From: an uncultured Acidimicrobiia bacterium
Lineage (GTDB): Bacteria > Actinomycetota > Acidimicrobiia > Acidimicrobiales > AC-14
Direction: 5' to 3'
Length of the DNA: 64,000 nt
Assembly (NCBI GenBank): GCA_963836205.1
Contig: CAWIIV010000006.1
Location: 1 to 64,000, forward strand
Shown piece by piece: positions 48,500 to 58,329 of the stretch. The stretch's first letter is position 1; every line of letters begins with the position of its first letter. Both the position numbers and the translations under genes were made by a program. The notes below the pieces were generated by a model. It ran no database searches. It was not told the DNA's origin and worked only from the letters and a program-made list of their open reading frames with translations.

Positions 48500-50245
48500 A
48501 TGATTTCGACGACCCCGCCCCGCCGCCTCGCCTTCCTCACCGTGTTGGCCGCCGTCCTCGGGCTGGCCGGCGGGGCGGCGGCGTGGATCCTCCTGCACCT
48601 CATCGCCCTCATCACCAGCGTGGCCGTCTTCGGCCAGGTCGGCTTCCACCCGCCGGCCTACGCCGACCTCCACCTCGGCCCCCGGATCGTGATCGTCGCC
48701 GTCGTCGGCGCCCTTGCCGTCAGCCTGCTGGCCAAGTGGTCACCCGTGATCCGGGGCCACGGCATCCCCGAGGCCATGGAGGCCGTCCTCACCCGCCAGA
48801 GCCGCATCGCCCCCCGCACGGCCGTGGCCAAGCCCCTGTCGGCCGCCCTCGCCATCGGCACCGCGGCGCCGTTCGGGGCCGAGGGACCGATCATCGTCAC
48901 CGGCGGCGCCCTCGGGTCGCTCCTCGGCCAGGTCGTCCGGGTGTCGCCGTCGGAGCGCAAGATCCTCCTCGCCTGCGGGGCGGCGGCAGGCATGTCGGCC
49001 ACCTTCGGCGCGCCCCTCGCCTCGGTGATCCTGGCCGTCGAACTGCTCCTCTTCGAGTTCTCGGCCCGGGCGCTGGTCCCCCTGGTGGTGGCGACGAGCG
49101 TGGCCGCGGGCATGCACGACGCCCTGTTCGGGTCGGGTCCGCTGTTCGACGTCGCCGTCCACGACTTCGCCGGGCTCCGGGGCCTGCCCGCCTTCGTCAT
49201 CCTCGGCTTGGCGTGCGGCCTCCTCGCGGTGGTCGTCGTCCGGGGCCTGTTCCTGGTCGAAGGCCTCTACCGGCGCCTGCCGTTGAAGGACTTCTGGCAC
49301 CCGGTGCTCGGCGCCGTCGCCTTCGCCACCGTCGGCACGGCCGCGCCCCGCGCCCTGGGGGTCGGCTACGACGCCATCGCCGACGTCCTCCACAGCCGCC
49401 TCGCGCTGGGGACGGTGGCCGCCCTCGGCCTGGTCAAGCTGGCGGCCTGGTGGCTGGCCCTCGGCTCGGGGACGTCGGGCGGCACCCTGGCCCCCATCCT
49501 GCTGATCAGCGCCTCCTTCGGCACCGTCCTCGGCACCGGACTCGACCGGGTCCTCCCCGGTCCCGACATCGCCCCCGGCGCGTTCGCGGTCGTGGCCATG
49601 GCCGCCACGTTCGGCGCGTCCACCGGGGCCACCTTGGCCGCCATCGTCTTCGTCTTCGAGCTCACCCGCGACTACGAGGTGGTCATCCCGCTCATGCTCG
49701 CCACCGTGCTCGCCGACCTCGTCTTCGGCGCCCTCAGCGAGCACACGATCATGACCGAGAAGCTCAGCCGCCGGGGCCTGCGCGTCGGCCGCCACTACGG
49801 CGTCGACCCTTTCACCACCGCGACGGTGGACCGGATCATGACCTCGCCGGTGGCGACCCTGCCCGCCTCCGCCACCGTGGCCGCCGCCCGCCGCCGGTTC
49901 GTCGAGCCCGGTGGGCACGGTGCCTACCCCATCGTCGACGACGAGGGACGGGTGCTCGGCATCGTCGCCCGGGGCGACGTCCTGGCCGAGGGCACCGGGC
50001 CCGACTCCTCCGTCCTCGACCTCGCCAGCCGGGAGGTCGTGGCGGTGACGCCCGACGACACCGCCCAGACCGCCTGGCAGGTGATGGTCGACGAAGCCGT
50101 CGATCACGTCCCCGTCGTCGACGGCACCCGGTTGGTCGGCATCTGCACCCGTACCGACCTGCTCAAGCTGCGCCGGGCCCAATCCGACCACGAGATCCGC
50201 CAGGACGGGCTGAGACGGCGCCCATCGGCCAAGCTGGACCTGTGA
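48500..50245 (+). CDS. CLC-family chloride channel/transporter with a CBS pair
   Basis: GHGIPE, GAEGP, FGAPLA, GTSGG, two CBS domains. Confidence 0.92.
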   Translation: MISTTPPRRLAFLTVLAAVLGLAGGAAAWILLHLIALITSVAVFGQVGFHPPAYADLHLGPRIVIVAVVGALAVSLLAKWSPVIRGHGIPEAMEAVLTRQSRIAPRTAVAKPLSAALAIGTAAPFGAEGPIIVTGGALGSLLGQVVRVSPSERKILLACGAAAGMSATFGAPLASVILAVELLLFEFSARALVPLVVATSVAAGMHDALFGSGPLFDVAVHDFAGLRGLPAFVILGLACGLLAVVVVRGLFLVEGLYRRLPLKDFWHPVLGAVAFATVGTAAPRALGVGYDAIADVLHSRLALGTVAALGLVKLAAWWLALGSGTSGGTLAPILLISASFGTVLGTGLDRVLPGPDIAPGAFAVVAMAATFGASTGATLAAIVFVFELTRDYEVVIPLMLATVLADLVFGALSEHTIMTEKLSRRGLRVGRHYGVDPFTTATVDRIMTSPVATLPASATVAAARRRFVEPGGHGAYPIVDDEGRVLGIVARGDVLAEGTGPDSSVLDLASREVVAVTPDDTAQTAWQVMVDEAVDHVPVVDGTRLVGICTRTDLLKLRRAQSDHEIRQDGLRRRPSAKLDL

Positions 50246-51057
50246 CCTCCGGGCCCGGCGCCGACCAGCTGCTCATCCACCGCCACGTCGGCGGACGCCT
50301 GCGCCGGGTGCCCGACGAGGTGGCGGTGGAGGAGCCGCTCGAGATCCGCCTCGACGGCCACCTCGTCGCCACCACCCTGCGCACGCCCGGGAACGACCAC
50401 GAGCTGGCCGTGGGCCTCCTCCACGCCGAGGGCCTCGTCGACGGACTCGCCATCACCCGCGTCCACCACTGCTTCGACGCCAAGCACACGTCCGGCGGCT
50501 CGCCGACGGTCGAGCTCAACGTCATCACCGTCGACACCGGCGGTCGGGCGCCCGTCCCTACGCCCCGCCTCCAGACAGCCACCGCCGCCTGCGGCCTGTG
50601 CGGCTCGACCACCATCGACCAGCTCACCGCCCGCCTCCCGCCGCTGCCGCCCGCCCCCCTCCTCCCCGACGACGTGGTCCTGGCCGTCGGCGACCGGGTG
50701 CGCAGCCGCCAGGGCCTGTTCGGGGCCACCGGCGGGGTGCACGCGGCCGCCGTCTTCGACGCGACCGGCGACCCCCTCCTCATCCGGGAGGACGTCGGCC
50801 GCCACAACGCAGTCGACAAGCTGGTGGGCCGCCTCCGCCTCGACGGCCGCCTGCCCGCCACCGGCCTGGGACTGTTCGTCTCCGGGCGGGCCGGCTTCGA
50901 GCTGGTGCAGAAGGCATGGGCCGCCGGCTTCGCCTGGATGGTGGCCGTGGGCGCCCCCACCTCTCTCGCCGTCCGCACCGCCCGCACCGCCGGCCTGGTC
51001 CTGGTCGGCTTCGCCTCCGACGACCGCTTCAACCTCTACGCGCCGCAGGAACCGTGA
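50242..51057 (+). CDS. fdhD: Formate dehydrogenase accessory sulfurtransferase FdhD
   Basis: EEPLEI, RTPG, ACGLCG, TGGVHAAA, REDVGRHNAVDK, APTSLAV. Confidence 0.93.
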   Translation: MTSGPGADQLLIHRHVGGRLRRVPDEVAVEEPLEIRLDGHLVATTLRTPGNDHELAVGLLHAEGLVDGLAITRVHHCFDAKHTSGGSPTVELNVITVDTGGRAPVPTPRLQTATAACGLCGSTTIDQLTARLPPLPPAPLLPDDVVLAVGDRVRSRQGLFGATGGVHAAAVFDATGDPLLIREDVGRHNAVDKLVGRLRLDGRLPATGLGLFVSGRAGFELVQKAWAAGFAWMVAVGAPTSLAVRTARTAGLVLVGFASDDRFNLYAPQEP

Positions 51058-51545
51058 TCACCCTCGTCCTCGGCGGGGCCCGGTCGGGGAAGTCGGAGGT
51101 CGGTGAGCGGCTGGCCGCCGCCCTCGGGCCCGACGTCACGTACCTGGCCACCGCGGCCTTCGACCCGGCCGACGACGATTGGGCCCGCCGCATCGAGAAG
51201 CACCGGGCCCGCCGCCCGCCCTCGTGGACGACGGTCGAGGCCGGCCCCGACCTGCCGACCATCGTCGCCGCCCTGGCCGGGCCCGTCCTCGTCGACTCCC
51301 TCGGGACATGGGTGGCGGGATGTTCCGCCCCCCCCGACGCCGACGCCCTCTGCCACGCCCTCGCCCACCGTGACGGGTCCACCGTCGTCGTCTCCGAGGA
51401 AGTCGGCCTCGGCGTCCACCCGTCCACCGAGGTCGGGCGGGCCTTCCGCGACGTCCTGGGCACGCTGAACCAGGCCGTGGCCGACGTCGCGGACGACGTG
51501 CTCCTCGTCGTCGCCGGTCGGGTCCTCCCCCTCGCCCGCCCGTGA
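51054..51545 (+). CDS. cobU: Adenosylcobinamide kinase/cobinamide-phosphate guanylyltransferase (CobU/CobP)
   Basis: GGARSGKS, RIEKHRARRP, EVGLG, FRDVLG. Confidence 0.93.
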   Translation: MITLVLGGARSGKSEVGERLAAALGPDVTYLATAAFDPADDDWARRIEKHRARRPPSWTTVEAGPDLPTIVAALAGPVLVDSLGTWVAGCSAPPDADALCHALAHRDGSTVVVSEEVGLGVHPSTEVGRAFRDVLGTLNQAVADVADDVLLVVAGRVLPLARP

Positions 51546-51578
51546 CCCCGCCGGCCCCGGCCCCGGCCCCCCGACCGA

Positions 51579-51636
51579 CGTTCGGTGCACCCGTAGATCC
51601 GAGCCCGAACCACGTCCCCCCCGGTGCACGAAACGG
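51579..51636. repeat. Imperfect intergenic palindrome
   Basis: CGTTCGGTGCACC ... GGTGCACGAAACG between cobU and cobS. Confidence 0.55.
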
Positions 51637-51648
51637 GCCCGTGACCCA

Positions 51649-52362
51649 GTGATCGCGGCCCTCGCCTTCCTCACCCCCCTGGGCGGTGCCCGGGACCCTG
51701 ACCGCACCACCTTCGAATGGTTCCCCCTCGTGGGAGCACTGCTCGGAGCCGCCGTCGGGCTCGTCTGGTGGGGGGCGAACGAGCTGTGGTCGCCTCTGGT
51801 GGCCGCCACCCTGGCCGTGGCCGCCGACATCGCCCTCACCGGCGCCCTCCACGTCGACGGCCTGGCCGACACCGCCGACGGCGTCCTCCCCCACCTCGAC
51901 CGCGAGCGCCGGCTGGCGGTGATGGCCGAGCCTGACATCGGGGCCTTCGGCGTGACCGCGGTCGTGCTCACCCTCGGCCTCCGGGTGGCGGTGCTGGCGT
52001 CCCTCGAGCCCGACGTGGCCCTGCTCGCGGCCCTGTGGTGCGCGTCCCGCACGATGATGGCGGTCGTCGCCCGATCGGTGCCCTACGCCCGGCCCGACGG
52101 GGGCCTGGCCGCCGCCTTCCTCGGCCGCCCACCGGCGACGGTGGCCCTCGAGGGCACGGTCCTGGCCGTCGCCATCGGTGTCTCGCTCACCGTCGTCGGC
52201 GCCGTCCCCGCCGTGGCTGCCCTCGCCGCCCTGGCCGCCGCCGGCGCCGCCACCGTCGCCCTCGCCCGCCGCCGGCTCGGAGGCTTCACCGGCGACGTCC
52301 TGGGCGCGGCCGGCATCATCGGTGAGACGGTCGGCCTCCTCGTCGCCGCCGCCCGCTGGTGA
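51649..52362 (+). CDS. cobS: Adenosylcobinamide-GDP ribazoletransferase
   Basis: TGALHVDGLADTADG, GAFG, GGFTGDVLGA. Confidence 0.93.
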   Translation: MIAALAFLTPLGGARDPDRTTFEWFPLVGALLGAAVGLVWWGANELWSPLVAATLAVAADIALTGALHVDGLADTADGVLPHLDRERRLAVMAEPDIGAFGVTAVVLTLGLRVAVLASLEPDVALLAALWCASRTMMAVVARSVPYARPDGGLAAAFLGRPPATVALEGTVLAVAIGVSLTVVGAVPAVAALAALAAAGAATVALARRRLGGFTGDVLGAAGIIGETVGLLVAAARW

Positions 52363-53258
52363 CGAGCCGTCCCCTGGGCGCGGCCGCCGGCATCCTCCTC
52401 GACCTGGCCCTGGGCGAGCCTCCCGCCGCCGTCCCCCACCCGGTGGCCGCCTTCGGTTCGTTCATGCTCGCGGTCGAGGACTCCCTGTGGCGTGACGACC
52501 GGGCCGCGGGCGTGGCCCACGCCGCCGTCGGCCTGGCAGTGGGCACCCTCGCCGGGGCCGGGGCCCACTCGACGACGGCCACCACCTATGTGGCGGTGGC
52601 CGGACGCCTCCTCCACGACACCGCCCTGGCGGTGGCCGCCGCCCTCGCCGCCGGCGACCTCGACCAGGCCCGATCCCTGCTCCCCGCCCTCGCCGGCCGC
52701 GACCCCTCCGGCCTCGACGAGCCCGAACTGGCCCGGGCGGTGGTGGAGTCGATCGCCGAGAACACCGTCGACGCCGTCGTCGCCCCCGCCCTGTGGGCCG
52801 CGGTCCTCGGCGGCGCCGGCGCCTTCGGCTACCGGGCGGTCAACACCCTCGACTCGATGGTGGGGCACCGTTCCGACCGCTACCAGCGTTACGGCTGGGC
52901 CAGCGCCCGCCTCGACGACGCCGCCAACTGGGTCCCGGCCCGGGTCACCGCCGCCCTCGTGGCGGCCGTCCGGCCGGGCCAGGCCGTCGAGGTGTGGCGC
53001 ACCGTCCGCCGCGACGCCCCCGGCCACCCGTCCCCCAACGCGGGCGTGGCCGAGGCCGCCTTCGCCGCCGCCCTCGGTCTCCGGCTGGGCGGCGTCAACC
53101 GCTACGGCGACCGGATCGAGCACCGGGCCCACCTCGGAAGCGGCCGTCCACCGGGTCGCGACGACATCCGCGCCGCCGTCAGCCTGTCCCGCGCCGTGAG
53201 CCTGACCCTCGCCGGCGCCCTCACCGTGATCTCCTGGGACCCCAAAACGGACTGTTAA
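52359..53258 (+). CDS. cbiB: Adenosylcobinamide-phosphate synthase (CbiB/CobD)
   Basis: HPV, ESIAENTVD, YRAVNTLDSMVG, ARLDD, HPSPNAG. Confidence 0.93.
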   Translation: MTSRPLGAAAGILLDLALGEPPAAVPHPVAAFGSFMLAVEDSLWRDDRAAGVAHAAVGLAVGTLAGAGAHSTTATTYVAVAGRLLHDTALAVAAALAAGDLDQARSLLPALAGRDPSGLDEPELARAVVESIAENTVDAVVAPALWAAVLGGAGAFGYRAVNTLDSMVGHRSDRYQRYGWASARLDDAANWVPARVTAALVAAVRPGQAVEVWRTVRRDAPGHPSPNAGVAEAAFAAALGLRLGGVNRYGDRIEHRAHLGSGRPPGRDDIRAAVSLSRAVSLTLAGALTVISWDPKTDC

Positions 53259-53269
53259 CCTCGGGGATC

Positions 53270-53875
53270 ATGGGGATGGCGGAACAGCCGGCCACCCGGG
53301 TACGCGACGACGCTCGGGAACGCATCCTGTCCACCGCCTACGACCTTTTCTGCCGGCACGGCACCCGGGCCGTGGGCATCGACCGGGTCATCGCCGAGGC
53401 GGGCGTGGCCAAGATGAGCATGTACCGCCACTTCCGGTCCAAGAACGAGCTCATCGTGGCCGTCCTCGAACGCCGGCGGAACCTGTGGACCGAGGGCTGG
53501 GTCCAGGCCGAGACCGCCCGCCGGGCCACCGACCCCGCCGATCGGCTGCTCGCCATCTTCGACATCTTCGACGGTTGGTTCCGGGAGCAGTCGTTCGAGG
53601 GGTGCACGTTCATCAACATGCTCCTCGAGGTCACCGACCGCGACAGCCCGGTGCACCAGGCCAGCCGCGAGCACCTGCTCGTGATCCGGGAGTTCGTGCG
53701 AGGACTGGCCGAGGAGGCCGGCGTGCGCGACCCGGAGATGCTCGCCCGCCAGTGGCACATCCTCATGAAGGGCTCGATCGTGGCCGCCGGCGAGGGCGAC
53801 GTGGAAGCGGCCCAGGGCGCCCGCCAGGTGGGTGCCCTCCTGCTCGACCACGAGCTGGCCCTCGCCCGGGCCTGA
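53270..53875 (+). CDS. TetR-family regulator
   Basis: RERIL..GIDRVIAEAGVAKMSMYRHFRSK; GCTFIN. Confidence 0.92.
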   Translation: MGMAEQPATRVRDDARERILSTAYDLFCRHGTRAVGIDRVIAEAGVAKMSMYRHFRSKNELIVAVLERRRNLWTEGWVQAETARRATDPADRLLAIFDIFDGWFREQSFEGCTFINMLLEVTDRDSPVHQASREHLLVIREFVRGLAEEAGVRDPEMLARQWHILMKGSIVAAGEGDVEAAQGARQVGALLLDHELALARA

Positions 53876-53878
53876 GCG

Positions 53879-54370
53879 CTACCCGCCGAGCACCACCAGC
53901 CGGGCGATCAGGCTTCCCGGCGCCCCCGGCTGTCCAGTCACCTCCACCGTCGCGCCCTCGTCGACGTCCTGCAACGTCGCCGCCGACCCGCCGGCCGTCC
54001 GATACTCCGTCTCCTCGGTGAGGGCGACCCTCGAGTAGCCGTCGACCGGCGGGTCGATCTGGAGCACCCGGGCGCTGGCGAAGACGGTCAGCACGGTGCC
54101 CCGCACGGTGACCTCACCGGGGGCGACGGTCGAGCCGGCCGTCGGCACGGTGGACGACGGGGTGGACGTGGCCGACGTGGGCGGGCCCGTCGTCGCAGTC
54201 GTGGCCGGCCCGGTCGACGCCGGCCCGGTCGACGCCGGCGTCGGCGTCGACGTCGACGTCGACGTGGTGGACGGCGGCCGGTCGGCGGTGTCGGAGTCGC
54301 CGTCGGAGCACGCCCCGGCCACGACCAGGACGGCAACCACCGCCACCGTTCTCAGCCGCCCGTCGAGCAC
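53879..54370 (-). CDS. Lipoprotein with a Thr/Ser linker and a small beta domain
   Basis: AGAC lipobox followed by a PST-rich linker. Confidence 0.7.
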   Translation of the reverse strand: MLDGRLRTVAVVAVLVVAGACSDGDSDTADRPPSTTSTSTSTPTPASTGPASTGPATTATTGPPTSATSTPSSTVPTAGSTVAPGEVTVRGTVLTVFASARVLQIDPPVDGYSRVALTEETEYRTAGGSAATLQDVDEGATVEVTGQPGAPGSLIARLVVLGG

Positions 54371-54379
54371 CGCCCCACT

Positions 54380-55777
54380 CTACGGCTGGCAGTCCTCGAT
54401 GAAGCCGGCCGCCTTCCGCAGCGTGGCCGGTGTCGGCTCGTCGACGATCAGCTCCTCGTCGGTGAGCCCGAGGACGAGCGCCGACCCGAAGCAGCGAGCC
54501 TCCTCCCGGCTGGCGCCCTCGTCGAGCGCGTCCACCGCCACGTAGGTGCGGGTGACGGCCAGCTCCAGGGCCAGGGCCGACCCGCCGGTGCCCCCCGCCG
54601 CATCCGGGCCCGGGTCGCAGGACTCCAGGTGGACGATGTCGCCGTCGCGCGACGTGGTCGAGTTGTCCGGCGACGCTTCCACCCAGGCGGCGAGGGCGTC
54701 GGCCAGCTCGTCCGTCTCCGCCTCGTCGTCGCCCGTGACGTCGAGCCGGATGCACGTGCGGTCGTCGCGGGGAAACACGACGTAGGCGTCGCCGCCCCAC
54801 CCGGTGGCCGCGGCCAGGGCCAGGCGGGGGTCGATGCGCTCGGCCAGCACGACCATCAGTGAGACGGCACCGAAGTCGCCGTCGTCGAACGCATCCTCCC
54901 CGCCTGTGTCGGGCACGTCCACGAACGTGGGATCGTCGCCGTCGAAGTAGGCGAACGGGTCGAACACCTGCTCCTCGCTGATCGGCGGATCGTCGAAAGC
55001 GGAGTCCACCGACTCCCCCGCGACCTCGTCGAGGACGGCGATGAACGAGTCCCCCAGGCCGTAGATGGCCCCGAACAGGGTGCTCAAGGCGGCCGGGACT
55101 TCGCCGGTGGCGGCCTGGAAGTCCTCGAAGCCGGCCGCGTTCTCCTCCTCGATGGCGTCCTGGGTGGCCTGGTCGAGGCTCTCGACGTACCGCTGCTCGA
55201 TGCGGTCGGCGTCACCCTCCACCAGGGAGTCGAAGGCGAAGGTCTCCCCGCTCAACGGCTCCTCGTCGGCCTCGCGGTAGCGGTCGAGGGCGAAGACCTG
55301 GTCCTGGAGGACGTGGGTGAGCTCGTGGACCAGGGTGACGGCCAGCCCGGGCGTGACCTCGGTGCCCCGCACGACGACCTGCTCCTCGAAGCTGTCGTAG
55401 TAGGCCAGGGTCCCGGTGTCGGTGAGGTCGTTGGTGGCGTCGATGAGGCTGGTGTCGCCGGAGAGGATGCCCAAGGCCCGCATCTCCCCCTCGAACTGCT
55501 CGATCTCGGCCGCCTCCTCCTCGCTGAGCGACCCTTCGTCGGTACGGGTCCGCTCCGAGTACTCGTCCGCGGTGAGGAAGTCGACCGGGACCGGATGGTC
55601 GAACAGGGCCCCCCGCTCCCGCTCCACGAACTGGGCCAGGTCGAGCACCCGGGCGTCCCACTCCGACGGATACTCGTCCTCGGTGGTGCGAACGATCACG
55701 GCGGTGACGCCGGCGGCAAAGACCACGGCCACCGCCACGGCCGTGACCCACTCGAACAGGCGCGAACGACTGACCAC
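54380..55777 (-). CDS. Membrane-anchored putative zinc metallopeptidase
   Basis: N-terminal TM; HELTHVLQDQ..EGDA motif; GWGGD. Confidence 0.75.
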   Translation of the reverse strand: MVSRSRLFEWVTAVAVAVVFAAGVTAVIVRTTEDEYPSEWDARVLDLAQFVERERGALFDHPVPVDFLTADEYSERTRTDEGSLSEEEAAEIEQFEGEMRALGILSGDTSLIDATNDLTDTGTLAYYDSFEEQVVVRGTEVTPGLAVTLVHELTHVLQDQVFALDRYREADEEPLSGETFAFDSLVEGDADRIEQRYVESLDQATQDAIEEENAAGFEDFQAATGEVPAALSTLFGAIYGLGDSFIAVLDEVAGESVDSAFDDPPISEEQVFDPFAYFDGDDPTFVDVPDTGGEDAFDDGDFGAVSLMVVLAERIDPRLALAAATGWGGDAYVVFPRDDRTCIRLDVTGDDEAETDELADALAAWVEASPDNSTTSRDGDIVHLESCDPGPDAAGGTGGSALALELAVTRTYVAVDALDEGASREEARCFGSALVLGLTDEELIVDEPTPATLRKAAGFIEDCQP

Positions 55778-55873
55778 CCTGACCTCCGATTTTCGCCGTC
55801 CTCCAAGTATCGACGGTGCCGGGGCCTTCCTTGAACGGCGGCCGGCGGGCCGGTGCGCCGGTAGCCTTCCCCC

Positions 55874-56733
55874 GTGACCAAGATCGCCGACCTGCTCGCC
55901 GCCGGGCGGTGCTTCTCGTTCGAGTTCTTCCCGCCCCGCACCGAGGCCGCGGAGGCGACGCTGCGCCAAACCCTCGTCGAGCTCGAGCCGCTTCGCCCGT
56001 CGTTCGTGTCCTTCACCTACGGCGCGGGGGGAACCACCCGGGAGAAGACCTACGAGATCGTCATCGACGTGCTGCGGAACACGTCGATGACCCCCATGGC
56101 CCACCTGTGCTGCGCCGGGCACACGGCTGACGAGCTGCGGTCGCTGCTCGAGGCCTACCGGGCCGACGGGGTGGAGAACATCCTCGCCCTCCGGGGCGAC
56201 CCGCCCGCCGACCTCGGCCTGCCCCCCGGCGACATCCTCCACGCGGCCGAGCTGGTCGAGCTGGTGCGGGAGACGGGCCCGTTCTCGGTGGGCGTGGCCG
56301 CCCATCCCGAGGGCCACCCCGCCTGCGGCGACCGCACCCTCGACCGCCAACGGCAGGCGGCCAAGCTGGCCAAGGCCGACTTCGCGGTGACGCAGTTCTT
56401 CTTCAACCTCGACGACTACCTCGGCCTCGTCGACGACCTGGCCGCCCTCGGCGTCGACAAGCCGGTGCTGCCCGGGATCATGCCCGTCACCAACGTGGCC
56501 CAGATCGAGCGCTTCGCCAAGATGTCCGGCGCCGCCTTCCCCGGTTGGCTGGCCGAGCGCCTTCGGGCGGTGGAGGACGATCCCGAGAAGGTCCGCCGGG
56601 TGGGCGTCGAAGTGGCCACCGAGCTGAGCCAGGCCCTGCTCGACGCCGGCGCGCCGGGGCTGCACTTCTACACCCTGAACCGCTCCCAGGCCACGACCGA
56701 GATCTGGACGGCCCTGGGCCTGGGCCTGGGTAG
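55874..56733 (+). CDS. metF: 5,10-methylenetetrahydrofolate reductase; true stop probably TAG at 56731 after a G-run indel
   Basis: SFEFFPP, TYGAGG, ALRGD, TQFFF, HFYTLNR. Confidence 0.9.
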
Positions 56734-56760
56734 GACCCCGGCCGTCTGGCCGGTGGGGGC

Positions 56761-56776
56761 GGTATGCTGGCATACC
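56761..56776. promoter_or_regulatory. Palindromic operator directly before the antitoxin ATG
   Basis: GGTATGC-TG-GCATACC immediately followed by ATG. Confidence 0.7.
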
Positions 56777-57016
56777 ATGCGCCGAACCACAGTGAAGCTG
56801 CCCGATGACCTCGACGCCCGGCTCCGTCACGAGGCGGAGCGGCGGGGCACGACGGTGTCCGCCCTGACGCGAGAAGCGATCGAAGCCCATCTCGGTGGTA
56901 GGGGCAGTGGTGGCCGTCGCTCGCTTCTCGCTGCCGGTGCCGGCGCCAGCGGCCACACCGACATCTCCGAACGCATCGAGGACATCCTCGCGGCCGAGGT
57001 TCCGGGATCGCGCTGA
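56777..57016 (+). CDS. vapB: RHH antitoxin (VapB-like)
   Basis: MRRTTVKLPDDLDARLRHEA...SALTREAIE; upstream of a PIN gene. Confidence 0.85.
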   Translation: MRRTTVKLPDDLDARLRHEAERRGTTVSALTREAIEAHLGGRGSGGRRSLLAAGAGASGHTDISERIEDILAAEVPGSR

Positions 57017-57418
57017 TCGTCGACGCCGGTCCGCTGTACGCCTACGTCGACCGCGACGATGCCCACCACACCGCCTGCCTCCACCTCCTCGAGACCCACA
57101 TCGGACCGCTGATCGTCCCTGAGCTCGTCATCACCGAGGTCGTCTACCTGCTCGGCACCCGCATCGGCGTCGACGCCGAGGTGCGATTCCTCGGCGACTC
57201 TGGCGGCCGGGAATCTCATCCCCGAGCCGGTCGCGCCCGCCGACTGGCTACGCATCGCCGACCTGGTCGGCAGGTACCGCGACCTTCCGCTTGGGACAGT
57301 GGATGCTTCGGTCGTGGTCGCCGGCGAACGCCTGGGGATCGCCGAGATCGCCACCCTCGATCGCCGCCACTTCTCCGTCGTCAGACCGGCCGGCCGAACC
57401 TTCGACCTCCTGCCGTGA
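57007..57418 (+). CDS. vapC: PIN-domain toxin (VapC-like); start unclear, frameshift near 57198
   Basis: LIVDAGPL, VITEV, LGTVDASVV, IATLDRRHF. Confidence 0.85.
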
Positions 57419-57592
57419 ACAGGGCTGCGTCGGCCGACTGGTCCACCGGCCTTCCGGCGGACATTGAGCCGGCGGCTGCTCGCTCCGCGTCCCGCTCGGA
57501 AGGTGTCGCGTTCGGCGGCCACCGTGGCCCTTTCAGCAACCGCACACCGGCTCGAAGCTGGCGACCAGACCGACCCCGACCGACTCGCGGCC

Positions 57593-58321
<729 letters not shown>

Positions 58322-58329
58322 GGCGAGCC

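Noticed and set aside
55874-57016. Apparent MetF-VapB fusion (380-aa ORF)
   Set aside because: VapB has its own palindromic operator and ATG at 56777, and one extra G in the run at ~56728 would stop MetF at its normal length. Most likely an indel artefact.
57420-57590. Weak hairpins between vapC and livF
   Set aside because: The pairing is short and imperfect in GC-rich DNA; I cannot support a terminator or element call.
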